Shown piece by piece: positions 28,301-40,300 of a DNA stretch of 64,000 nt. The DNA is from Isurus oxyrinchus (taxonomy: Eukaryota), in the NCBI GenBank assembly GCA_026770705.1, contig JANJGN010000034.1:5890001-5954000 (forward strand), read 5' to 3'. Below the pieces are notes generated by a model. The model made no database searches. It saw only the letters and a program-made list of their open reading frames with translations, and was not told the DNA's origin. The position numbers and the translations under genes were made by a program. The stretch's first letter is position 1. The number at the start of each line of letters is the position of its first letter.

Positions 28301-31300
28301 CAAAATATGATACAATTCCCTAGTTGAAGTCAAACTAGCGATTAAAAAGGTTTGGCTTCTATTCATCTATTCATAAAGCCGAGGATTTCATCTGGCTAAG
28401 TGACAACTTTTTCAATCTGCCCTGCATGTTGCAACCATTTTTCCTCTTATACTCCCAAAGCCCCATTAGCAGCTTCAATACCCTTCGAAATGCTATCACA
28501 AGTTGTTCATTTCCTGCTCCTACCAAAATAAATTAAGTCATGCCTCTCACACTTTTTTCAGGAGCAATAGTTCCTCCAATTCCTGCAGTCCTTCTGCATC
28601 CATTTGACGTATTGCACAATCTTCCTTGCAATTCAGTGCCCTGTAAAATATGGAAAATTTGAAGTTTTGCATTGGACACTCATGTTTAGGTCTTTGATGC
28701 ATACTATGCAAATATATTGGAAGGGGGAAACTGCGTAGTTTTAATGACACTACAGTGTGGATCATCCATTTTTTTTTGAATTACAGAGCTAAGCAACTGT
28801 CAACAAGCTGGAAAAGACCTAGGTGAGTAAAACATTCCCGGTGTCGCTTTAGATTACAAGCCGTATCATTGTTAACTTTTAAGCAAATACATTAACATTC
28901 TTTAAAAAGTGAAGTCATCATTTCAGCCATCCGTTTTTTTTTTTGGTGATAGGCCCACATTCGCTTGTGTTGATTTGAATAAAAGAAAATACTGGGCACA
29001 AAGCAAAACAAGCCGGACATCTGATAGTGGACAGGATGAATTTCCGATGTTCCATGCCTCATGATGATTGGTGCTTTTTGTCACAACTTTTGCTCTATCC
29101 TTCACACTAACGGGATGATGAATATTTTTAACTTTATCGATTTGGAACACATTGGCAAAGTGTTTGAAGCAATAACAAAACTCATCCCACTGGTGTAAAA
29201 TGTTGTTTAATCTTAGAATTTTATCTCTGTTTATCACGTAATCCCAAACAGAAGAAAAACTCAACACAAAAGAGAAAGGTACCTGATCTGACATATTTTT
29301 TCTTCAAAAAGCCAGATATTGACAATGGCTGGTTGTTTCCTGACATGATTTTTTTTTCTGTTTTCCTATGAATGCTTTATTTTTTTTTTACTAAACAAAT
29401 TGCTAGAATGTACCCTCAGGGCTGTCAGCAGAAGAATCCTATAAAAGGGCTCTATAGTTTCGAGTTATGAGGGGACATTTTCAGATGTTGTGTCGCACAA
29501 ATTTGGAAGACAATAAATAACATATAAACTAAAGAACTGAACAAGGAATTCACTTTATTCTCCTTAAACAAGATAGTGGTGACAATTACGTACTCGCTAA
29601 CAGTCAATTTAGAAATAAATTATACGTGGTGGTTTAGAATGATAGGTTTGCTGATAGAGTTTATAAAGAAGTTCTTGTGAAGCCATTGCGGTGACACAAC
29701 TTTCTGCCAGAAGCTCCGTGTGAAAGTTTCACTTCAGGAATTGATGGCTGTTGAAGCTGCTTTCATAAGGTGGCTGGCTGTATTGGATACCAAATTGTAA
29801 AAAACTTGCAATGCGCCTGGCAGCAGGTGCTAAGATCGGGGGAGATGCTGGCCAGCCAGACTGCAGAAAACAATGTCAAATGACTGTCGGACATTGGCAA
29901 GTATAATCATGACCATTTTCAGTGGAAGCCCATGATCACCAATACCGTCTGAATGTGAGTTACCAGAAAACTAGGAAGGAAATAATGTATGTTGTAAGTT
30001 TTTTCTGGTGGTGGATAGGCTTATGCATGGGACACTTGATTGGATGGACAGATATTTTGCTCAAACTTATGTGGGTCGGACTGCCCTCGAGGTATCGAAT
30101 TCCATAGTCTTAAATATTTTGGGGGCATGCAAATTCACTCCAAATTCACAAGGAAGAAAGCCTATCAATGATGTTCCTTACCAGGGAGAAAGACTACTTA
30201 AATAAAGTAATTGAACAATCATTAACGGGAAGAACTTGGCAAAGTCCCGCAGGAAACGAAAATCTGCAAAGCATTTGATTCCACGATTGTGGAAGCTAAT
30301 TTGCAAACAGAAGAACGGTGTATATTCCTAATTTAGACTTATCGCGCCGTTTAAGATGGAATTATGTGATGTCTTATTTTTTAAGCATGTATTATGCAAG
30401 TAAAATATCATAAAACATGCCATGCAACTATTGGATGACCATCTCGGGGAGATTCAATGTGATGTCTCCTTATATTGTTGCACAATCTGTACTCAAGTAA
30501 GGTTGCCAATGTCAGCCTTGCCCCTATTGCTTCTGCAACGCTGGCACTCAGCTCTTCCTTAAAATGCAGTACAAATTGGCAGCCCAATTTAGATCTCATA
30601 TTTTTAAGAATATGATACAAGCATCAGCTGAGGTAAATATTCTGCCGCTATTTGTGAGGAGTTTAAGTAGGCCCTTCAGGTGGAAGCGAGCCGGACTGCA
30701 TATGGGTAATATGGGATGGAGTATGTCAACGTTTGGAGGGCGTGGAAGGACATAATCCACTTTGTCGAATACAATGAACTGTACCATAAATTCTGCAAAT
30801 TAAGTCGGGAGAGTGTGTGGGAGGGAAAGTGCTCAAATTGGAGTAATAATGAAACTCTCATGTCTCACCTTTTTAGAGATTCTAACGTGCCAAGAGTCTT
30901 TAAAGGATTCAGGTGGGAAGTATACTTAGTATTTGTGTAATATACCCGCTGAACAAAATATTCCTGCAATTCCTCGCCCATGCGTAGAATACAGTAATTT
31001 TACATGTACAGATGTGGATTTTGCCTGCATCATATAGTTGCCCAGCATAGACTGAGGGCAACCTTCCACATACCGGTAACTGCTTTTTGAATGAGTTTTA
31101 TCCCTCTCATCTCTCTCTCTCTCTCTCTCATTATCTGCATTCCAGAAATCCTTTCACACAACCTTTCAAACGCATGTTCAGCACAATAAGGTGTTGATTC
31201 CCGCCAACCCCCTCCGCTCCACCCTATGCTTTGTCAATAAATAACCTTATATCTGTGTTTCTTTGTTGCTAGTCGTCCTGGACTTGGGAACCATTAATTG

Positions 31301-34300
31301 TTATTTAATTTCTTAATAATGATAGTCGGATCATATTGGCCGTCATTATCAAACGGTCCATTAACTTTCTTGCTGTGCTCCGAAGAGTATCAGCTCCCCT
31401 CTGCTGTCTATATAGTTGACGCCTCTGGTACTGTCGATTAAATCTTCCCTGTGCTCCCGAAATGGTTTGCGAATCATTGGAAAGTGTGGTGCGTTGTATT
31501 TGAATACAATATCCTAAAGTGGCACATATTAAGCAACAATAGTTGAGAAGCTGCACTGAGTGTCGATCTGTTGATTAGATACATATGTATAGCAGTGAGT
31601 TCTCCGTCAATGATTGTTCCCGACTAATGCGTGGTTCTGTTACCTGAGCTGGATGTCTGCCTGGAGAGGACTGAATGGCCGTTGCGATAGGGTCAGTTTC
31701 ACGCTACAGTCCAGCATCATTATTTGCCTCAATATGTAGCACTACTTGCATTATTGTGTTATTGCAGAGTTATGCACGCAACAGTATGCCTCATATAGCA
31801 ACAGTTGAAAATTTCGATCAACCTGGAAACTACGGCCATATCATATAAAACGTCTACTGTTTCAATGATCAACAATTTTCCTGTTAATGTCATGCCTTGA
31901 CAGAAACAAAGCTGAAAGGCAAAGAAAAAGGTAGGCAGTTTAAGGATTCGTTGTTTTAAAAAGATACTAACGTGTTTGGAAATTATCTATGAGCCTTTTG
32001 TTTCATGCTTAACTTCTCTCAATTAACATTTAGCATTATTAATCAGAAGATCGGTTGAATTTGGTAATGGGCTATATGTGTAGAAAATCTTTCAGTTTGA
32101 TGTCGCAGCCAAAATTGAGAGACAGTAAGACAGGCGTGTAACATTAATAGAAACTAATGCTCATGAGGAAAGTATTGAACCAGAAAACGATTAGAATGTG
32201 GAATTCGCTGCTGCATGATCCTTTCTAATATGGAATTTCGCTGAATATTTTTTAAGGCCGAGGACACCGAGATCCCATGAAGGTTCAATCGACCTGACTC
32301 TGATGGAGGAATTGTCGTGTTGACCCAAAAAAAAATTAGTTCAGCATTCTCAACTCCAGATTAATGGCTCCTACGCATTGCTAAGCCTGTTTACCTCGCA
32401 CTTGCAGTCTTGCTTAAAGACTATTACTTCCAGAAAATGACGATGCCTTCCCTTGAGGATATGTTCTGTATCGTGTCCTGATTTCGGAAAGAAACATGTT
32501 GATCTTAAATATCCAGACTGTGTTCCCTCAGGTGGTTTGCAGTCGTTTAAGGGGCCACGTAGGATTGAAATTTCTGGGCGCGCATTCTCTGTCAGCCAAT
32601 GAGCTGAATCGTGCACCAGCTTCAATGAATGCCGTGTAGCAAACACTGTACAGTTACTGTACTAAATAACGGATCAAACCGATCTTCTTAGCAAAATATT
32701 AAAGCGGAAACTCTCAAATCAGCATATAGAAGCTATATAAACAACATCCACACGCAAAAAAATGATTTTGCCTAATTAAACAATGGCGCTATGAATTACA
32801 CCAAACCATTTCTAGATTAACACGGATTTTAAGTTCTCCAACAAAGAAAATTCAGGAATGAAACCATGCCAATGACTCTTGTAAAACGCAAAAGTTCCTC
32901 ACCAATAAAATGCAGTTAGTGAAGCAGAGTCAAATCATTCCAGCTGCATTTCCCTATTCAAGCTCAGTCGTTAACAGCACTGTAGTTTCCAGACATGGTT
33001 GTTAAAAGGATTACCCATCCAGTTTGATTGCTGTCGGGGAATATTTGGATCCAAAATGGATTTCTTCTGTAATCTGGAAGAGGAAATGTAACTGATAACT
33101 ATGAAAATGCCAGATCCTTCTAAACCAGTTACTTTATTTCTGTCTTAGAATTGAATGACATTCAGCAGAAGTGCAGTGAGTATTCTATGAGCCAGCGGCC
33201 AACCAAAATAGTGATTCCCGATTGATTATAAAGCCTGTAAATCAGAAATAATTTATCCGTGGACAAAATGTGTGCCTTGGGGGAACAATGTATTCGAGTG
33301 AGGGAATTAAAGCACATCTCCAATCTATGTGGTGAAAATGTCGGAAAGGAAATTGCGCTGTTCCCTTCTTCCCTAAAGCTGCGCCAAATGTTTTGTCCTC
33401 ACAGCTGCCAGTTTTTTAGCTGTGCTTCGGTAGACAGAACTTCTGAGTTGTGGTCAGAAGGTTGCGAATTCAGTCCAGAGTTAGAAGTTGAGCACAAGTG
33501 CAGATGCTGACACGCCAGCAGCAATTTATTGCACAAAGTCTAGCCGTTTAGTCCATAAAACGAGGCGAGGTCTGCCCTCGAACTTGGACGAGAATGACCC
33601 AGTGCAACATTTGAAAGAAACAAAGGAAGTTTTCAACCAATATCCTGGTGAATACTTACGGCTTAATTAAACCTCACATAATAAGGGTGTTTAAGTAGTC
33701 TTGGGTTCCCTGGTGAGTCGGGCGGCACAAATATCTGTGCCAAAACAGTTCAATCATATTGGGCATTTTATCACCAGCTTTAGGTTGGCTGATGGATCGG
33801 ACGGACAATTGACAGATGACGTCTTACGCACAAAATTGCTATCTCATCATTTTGGTGGGAAGGACGAGGTGAGGCAATGCAAGAGAAAGTGTCAAAATCT
33901 AAATGGGTTTCAGGGTATTTACAGGGTCATATAGCACAAAGACATGTAGTTTACAATAAATATATAAAATACTGGGCAGGCCTGAACTAGAGAGTTGTTT
34001 CCAATTCTGGACAACATTCTCCAGGAAAATGTGTAGGCATTATAGAGCATGCAAAAGTAATTTTTAAAATTAATTCCAGGAATGAAGAGGGCCTTTACGT
34101 GGGTAGCTTGGACAGGTGCTCTTCACCTTGGTGATCCGAATATTAACGAACTATCTGATAGAGGTGAACATAATCATTAGGATCGAGGAGAGAGTAAACA
34201 CGGGAGAGTTGCTCCGTTGGCAGGAACAGTCGAAAATTTGTAAAGATTGAGTTAAGGTAATTGACATCATAAGCATTGTTGCCATGAGGGAGAAATTTTC

Positions 34301-37300
34301 CTTTACAGCGAGTGTTTAACATTCGGAATACACTACTAACGGCGTCGAGGAGGCATATACTAGAGATGTTTTCAACAGAGTATTAAGTAATAATATGAAG
34401 AAGAGCGTTACTTCGGACGAGTGTTACTTGGAACAACGGGATAGTGGCATGAAATAAAATTAGTAGAGAGATCCAGCATGGCTCAACGTGTTGGATGGCC
34501 TCTCTCTCTCTATCTGCCTGGCTCCCTCTCTCACTCTCTTTCTCTCTCTCTCCCTCTCTATATCTTTAGCAGCTGATTATGTCGCAAATGAGACAGATAA
34601 ATAGANNNNNNNNNNNNNNNNNNNNNNNNNNNNNNNNNNNNNNNNNNNNNNNNNNNNNNNNNNNNNNNNNNNNNNNNNNNNNNNNNNNNNNNNNNNNNNN
34701 NNNNNNNNNNNNNNNNNNNNNNNNNNNNNNNNNNNNNNNNNNNNNNNNNNNNNNNNNNNNNNNNNNNNNNNNNNNNNNNNNNNNNNNNNNNNNNNNNNNN
34801 NNNNNNNNNATAGGACAATTCTTTGACATTTCGGAATGACGCAAGGCATGGAGGTGCAGCAAACAAACAAGTAGATAGCAAGCGACTGCAGCAAGACATA
34901 AATAGTCGGGCAGCATAGGCATCAAGTGGCGGATCGAAATTAATGCGCATAACTCTGAAGTGATGCAGTTTGGCTAAATTGATAGCGGAGGGCAAATACC
35001 CTTATTCAAATTATTTTTTAGTGTGCAACGGAATAGATAAGGAGCAGAATATTTTTAAAGTTTTCTTGAAATATTATAAATGTAGCTAGCAATTGATTCG
35101 AATTAATGGGCTTAATATGTGGAGGCATTCAGCACAACAGTAGAAAATTGTGCAATAACCTTTTCAAACGCTGGTTATGCCCCAGTTAAAAGAGCCCACT
35201 TGATTGGCATTTGATCCACACACATTCACTCCATCCACAGGCGACGGACAGTGGCATCAGTGAATAATATCTCTAAAATGTTCTGCAGGAACTCAACAAG
35301 GCTCCTTTGGCAGCACCTTCCAAACCAGCGTTTGCTGCCATCCAGAACCACAAGGGCTGCAGGTCTTCGGGAACAACAGCACTTTAAAGTTCCCCGACAA
35401 GCCACTGATCATCCTGACATGAAATACATTGCGATTGCTTCGATGTCGTAGGATTAAAATGATGGAAATCCCTCAATAACAGCACCGTGGAAGTACCTAC
35501 CTCATATGGACTGTAGCACTTCAAAGAAGCAGTTCACTACACCTTCTCAAAGAACATTAGAGATGGGCAGTAAATGTTGTTTTCACCAGCGACGCCCAGG
35601 TCACATGAATCAATTAAAAAAGGACAAAATACAGGCTATACGGTCACTGCAAGGCTGATTTGCGAATGCTATTAGGAAATCAAATGCTGTTTCTCATCCA
35701 TAGCAACAGTTACCAAACTTCTAAATTCTAAATTGCCTGTCTCGTACTTTGGAAATTTCCGTGTTTGTAAAATGAGCATTATATTTGTAGTTCCTTCTGC
35801 ACTTTGTAAGGGGTCCTGGATAGTCCATTTAATACTCTTAAGCCAATAGTGCTCTGACTGATTTCTTCTGGAAATTTTCTTTTGTCAGGCTGCATTTAAG
35901 TTCCATTCCCAGTTATAAATTCCAAGTAGAAAAAAAACCCCTCAAATTGTGCTGATAAGTTTTGCTGTCCATATATCTCTGAAAGCCTTAACGTGCAGTG
36001 CGTGCAGAGTGCTACTATTTGTGCAATTTGCTTAAACCAAATATCAATTGCGTAATTTGTTTCTCCCGTTGCTGATTTTGGATCGTACCTAGATATCGAT
36101 GTTGTTTCCGTTTTCAAGACTAAGCGCACACGTAACAAAACTGGGGTCCCAGAGAAGACATGGAAACATAATTTTAGAACCGAGCAATACACATTTTCTG
36201 AAATTGTGGCATGGCTATCTAGAAAACTGAAGTCTGAATGATGAGCTGACAGGACTCGTTTCAATTATGCAACGTTCTCTGAAGGAGTCCAGAACTTGGG
36301 CGTCTAAATGAAATGAAGTCACTAGGCATTATTGGGACATTCAGAGGATATATCCACTCACTGGATATTTATGATGCGGAATCGGTACTGAAAGCTGCAC
36401 GAAGGTAAAAGCCGCATTTGCATGTATTGGCAAGTGTACGAGAGAGAAAGATGTTGGACAACATTCCGATTGGGTTAGTTGAAGCTGGATGGGCTCGTGT
36501 GGAACATAAGAACAGCTGCAGCGACTGGATGGGATTAAGCCCTGATTCGGTGCTATAACATGGATTTAAAGCTAAGAAACATTAAATAGGAGAATTCAAC
36601 AAAACGGGGCCAAAAAAAAACCATGGAGCAGGAGTTACATGAAGGTCCCCTGTCAGAAAGACTTTTGTCAACATCCACCTCAACAATGATTTAACCAAGT
36701 GTTCTAAAAGTAATAACTCTTAATTTGAATTAAATTGCTAAGTTTTACTCTAACAACCCACCTGAAATCCGCATTGCAATAATCGCTTAAATTGACAATC
36801 TATCTAAGATCGAACATTCCTCCTCCCTACAAACTTGAGCAGAAAGATTTGGACTGAGATCCCAGTGCAGCGGCGGTAAAGGATTGCAGTAATGGAACTG
36901 AAGCATTTTGATGGCACCTTTAACTGAGTCACTGTCTGTTCTGTGAGTTGGCGTTTTTTTCTTTCCCTTAATTCGATTCTATGGTTCTGCTGGGGGAGTA
37001 AGGTAAGCTATCGAATGTGCCCTGTCCAAAGTTTAATCCTCCATCAATGTAAAAAAAATGGCGTTTCGGCTACAGCTTATTATTGCCATTGGGAGCCTAT
37101 GGTGTGCGAAATGGTTGATTTTTTTTTTCTGCATTGCTGCAATACTTCAGCAGAATGACATTGGCTGCAAAGCATTTTTGGATGCCTTGAAGTCATGAAA
37201 AGCGCTGACGAAAAGCATATTTTGTTTATCTCCCTTGCAGAAGGAGATCTTTGGGACAAAGATTCAGGTAAACAAAATAATTTATTCTGCACTGCCCTTG

Positions 37301-40300
37301 TCCTACCAGCTTGGATCTCGTGGTTTCAAATGTAGCTCGAAATCCTGATCACTAAGCCTTGGTTGATACTGTTGGCCCCCAGTAATATAAGACTGCTGTC
37401 CTGCCAGGCTTGTCATTTCTAAGGTGAGATGTTAAAGGAAGACAATATTTTCCCACACACCAAGGCACATTTCGATACACAGTTAAGGATTGCCTTCAAT
37501 GTATACGTATGATTGACACTCAATCCACAGTGATTTATACAGAAATCATGTTTAATGTTCAAATTATATTTGTGGGAATTGCTGCTTAATTTCCAACATT
37601 AAATCAACAACAACCATTCTCAAGAGTCTAATATGGGAGGAAACATTCTTTGAGATTTTCTGAATTCATGGATGAAATGAGATAAATCAAGGCCCTTCAT
37701 TGTTCATTTTCAGAATTTTATGCTAATGAGTCTCTTTGAGCTGGATCTCTTCTGGCAGCACTGAATGATGTAATGACCATTTTCTTGGAGATAATCAAAT
37801 GAAAGGGACTGATAAAATGTTACTGTCCACATTTTCAGAAATAAATGATCTCCAGACTAAACTTCAAAAATGCGGTGAGTAAACGTTTAAAGTTCAGAAA
37901 ACCGGTGACATAAGAGGAAAATTATTGGATTTTTCTGTTGAAATTATAAAATTAAACTCTCAGCAATTGACAGACTCCGACTCCTCGTGACCCTGAATTC
38001 GATGAATGGTTCTGATAAAGTGAGTGATTGAGTAAGCGCTGGCAGGATTTCAGCATGCAGATCTAAGCAGTTTCACGAAATGATGGTCACATTTTAATGA
38101 TGATCTTTCGTAAAAGAAGAGCTCGATCGGTGAGATTAGGATTATGTAAACTTTGGTAAAGATAATGTCGTGTGTTGTTGCGCACAGCCACAACAATTAA
38201 GCGATTGTGGAGAGTTCGGCTAGAGATACATTTGGATTTTTCAGCTCTGTACACTTGTATCTAGAGGTAATGAGCACTCTGGGTTTGACCAGCTATGAAT
38301 GGGGGCTGTTCTGAGTGAGGTAGGCTTGAGGAAGCTGACTATAGCTGAGTCGCTGGAGGGAGAAATCCGCTCTTTGCGTAGCTGGCTTTGGCTGAATTGG
38401 GAACTGGGCGAGTTTGGCTTTGTTTGAGCCTGCTTCTACATCTGATCCGCGATGATTCAAATCCTGTATTTATTTTCTAAATTATAGGTGCTGACATTTA
38501 TGTGTAAAACCAGGTATCAGCGAGTTCCAATGCAGTTGATCATGAGGATGCAGAACATTGCTCTTACTCTATGGAATCATTTTAGAATCCAATATGATCG
38601 GGCTGCATAAGCTTGAGTCAGCTAAGTGCGATTTCGTGTATCTTTGAGGTGTAGTCATTAAGTGAGCAGCATCTGTTAGTGCTGAATGTCATAGTAAGCA
38701 TAATCTTTGTGTGAGGCCTAATTAAAATGAGGTCAAGCATATGCAATATGGATAAGTATGAGCTGATTTGAATGAGATCAGACCTTGTTGAGTTGGAGAT
38801 GTGGCATTTTAAGCTCAAGATAAGGTAGGGCATGGATGCAATCGCACCAATAAGAATTACAATCATCTGGAATCAATTTTTGCCGAGAGATTTTGCAGTG
38901 AATTTAATAATAGTGGAGGTTCGGAATGAGTACGTTTGACTTCAGAGGGTATCCCGTTTGTTTCAGGATTGAGGAAAGGAATTGGGCATGGGTAATTTAT
39001 TGTATGTTTGAGGTCGGTAAAAGTCTTTAAAAGTTTTACAATGGTTACATTGCATATGGGAGTGAGATCAGGTAGGAGTTACATCCCTTTTGTTTGGTGT
39101 TAGGCACGACTGAGAAACATATTTTTGGGGGTATAATTGGACATGGGTGAGACCAGGCCGGGCAGATGTCGAAAATGAAATTGGAATCTCCTGGAAATAT
39201 TCAGCAGGTTGGGGAAATATTTCTTGAGAGAGGAACAAACGTTGAAGTTTCAGGTCAATGAACCTTTCCAGCAGCCAGAAAGGGTCACATGGCACATTTT
39301 TTTTTTAAAGCACAGGCGTATCCTGGCCAGTATGGATGCTTATCCAACAAAATAAAAGCAGGTTATCTGGCCTTTGCAACATTGTGTTTTTGTGGGTGGT
39401 GGTAGGGGACGCTGGGTGTGTTGGCTGCTTGGGGAGGTGATGGCAAACCGGCTGCTGGAAATCATACATTGTGATGGTGGTTAAGCTTAAAATGATTGTC
39501 ATTGCGAGACGCTTTGGAATGGCTGTGGTTATGAAGTCAATGATTTATTTAATACTTGCACCCTATGATAATGATAATGGCGTCATGCTTGCAACATTGA
39601 AATTAAGGACCAGCTTAGCTACATCCAATGTTCACTAAATAAAAATTTCCAGCATCTGAGAGGCTTCAATTATTTCAGAAGCAATGATTTTATCTTTCAC
39701 CCTTCAACAGAAGAGAACCTGAAAGCGGTAGTAAAAGGTACTGAACTTAAGTACTTCTCACATTAAAGAGCTGCCAATTATTTTTGTATGTGATAATTGA
39801 TTCCTTCAGCCGCTCTCCAAAGTAGCTTATTATAATTTAGTGCAAAAGCTATCAAATCAGCAATCCGGCATGAAGGGGTTTTGGCAGAATATATGTGCAG
39901 AAAATGATTTGTGGGAGACAACAAACCCATGGGATTCATAAAGAAAAACATATAACGTACTATGGTACCTATCCAATCTGAAATTCGTGAACTTTATCTT
40001 TATATGGAGAATGTCCAACCTCTAGCTGTATAACACAATCTATGGAAGGGAAACTAGATAAATGCACGTGAGAAAAAGAAAGAGAAGATGATGTTAATAG
40101 AGTGAAAAAAGTAGGGGAGATGGATTACCGTGTGAAATATAAAAGCCAATGGGTGGAATGCCTGCATAATGGCCGTTCTTTGCTCTGAAAATGTTGTATA
40201 AAGTTTCCATTATGTGTGGCTTAAAATGGTTATGACCAAAATTAGCCCTCAATAGGCACTCGGCTTCTTTATGCTTCCCTTGATTGTAACAGGGCATCGC

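Larger units (their letters stand above)
1..29585. repeat. Large direct tandem unit, copy 1 (phase set by the window start; true unit boundary unknown)
   Basis: Pos 1 (tactcgctaacacattgaatttagaaataaa) recurs at ~29590 and in diverged form at ~56810. The copies are colinear throughout. Exon E1 offsets are 29,593 bp (copy 1 to 2) and 27,260 bp (copy 2 to 3). Confidence 0.95.
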
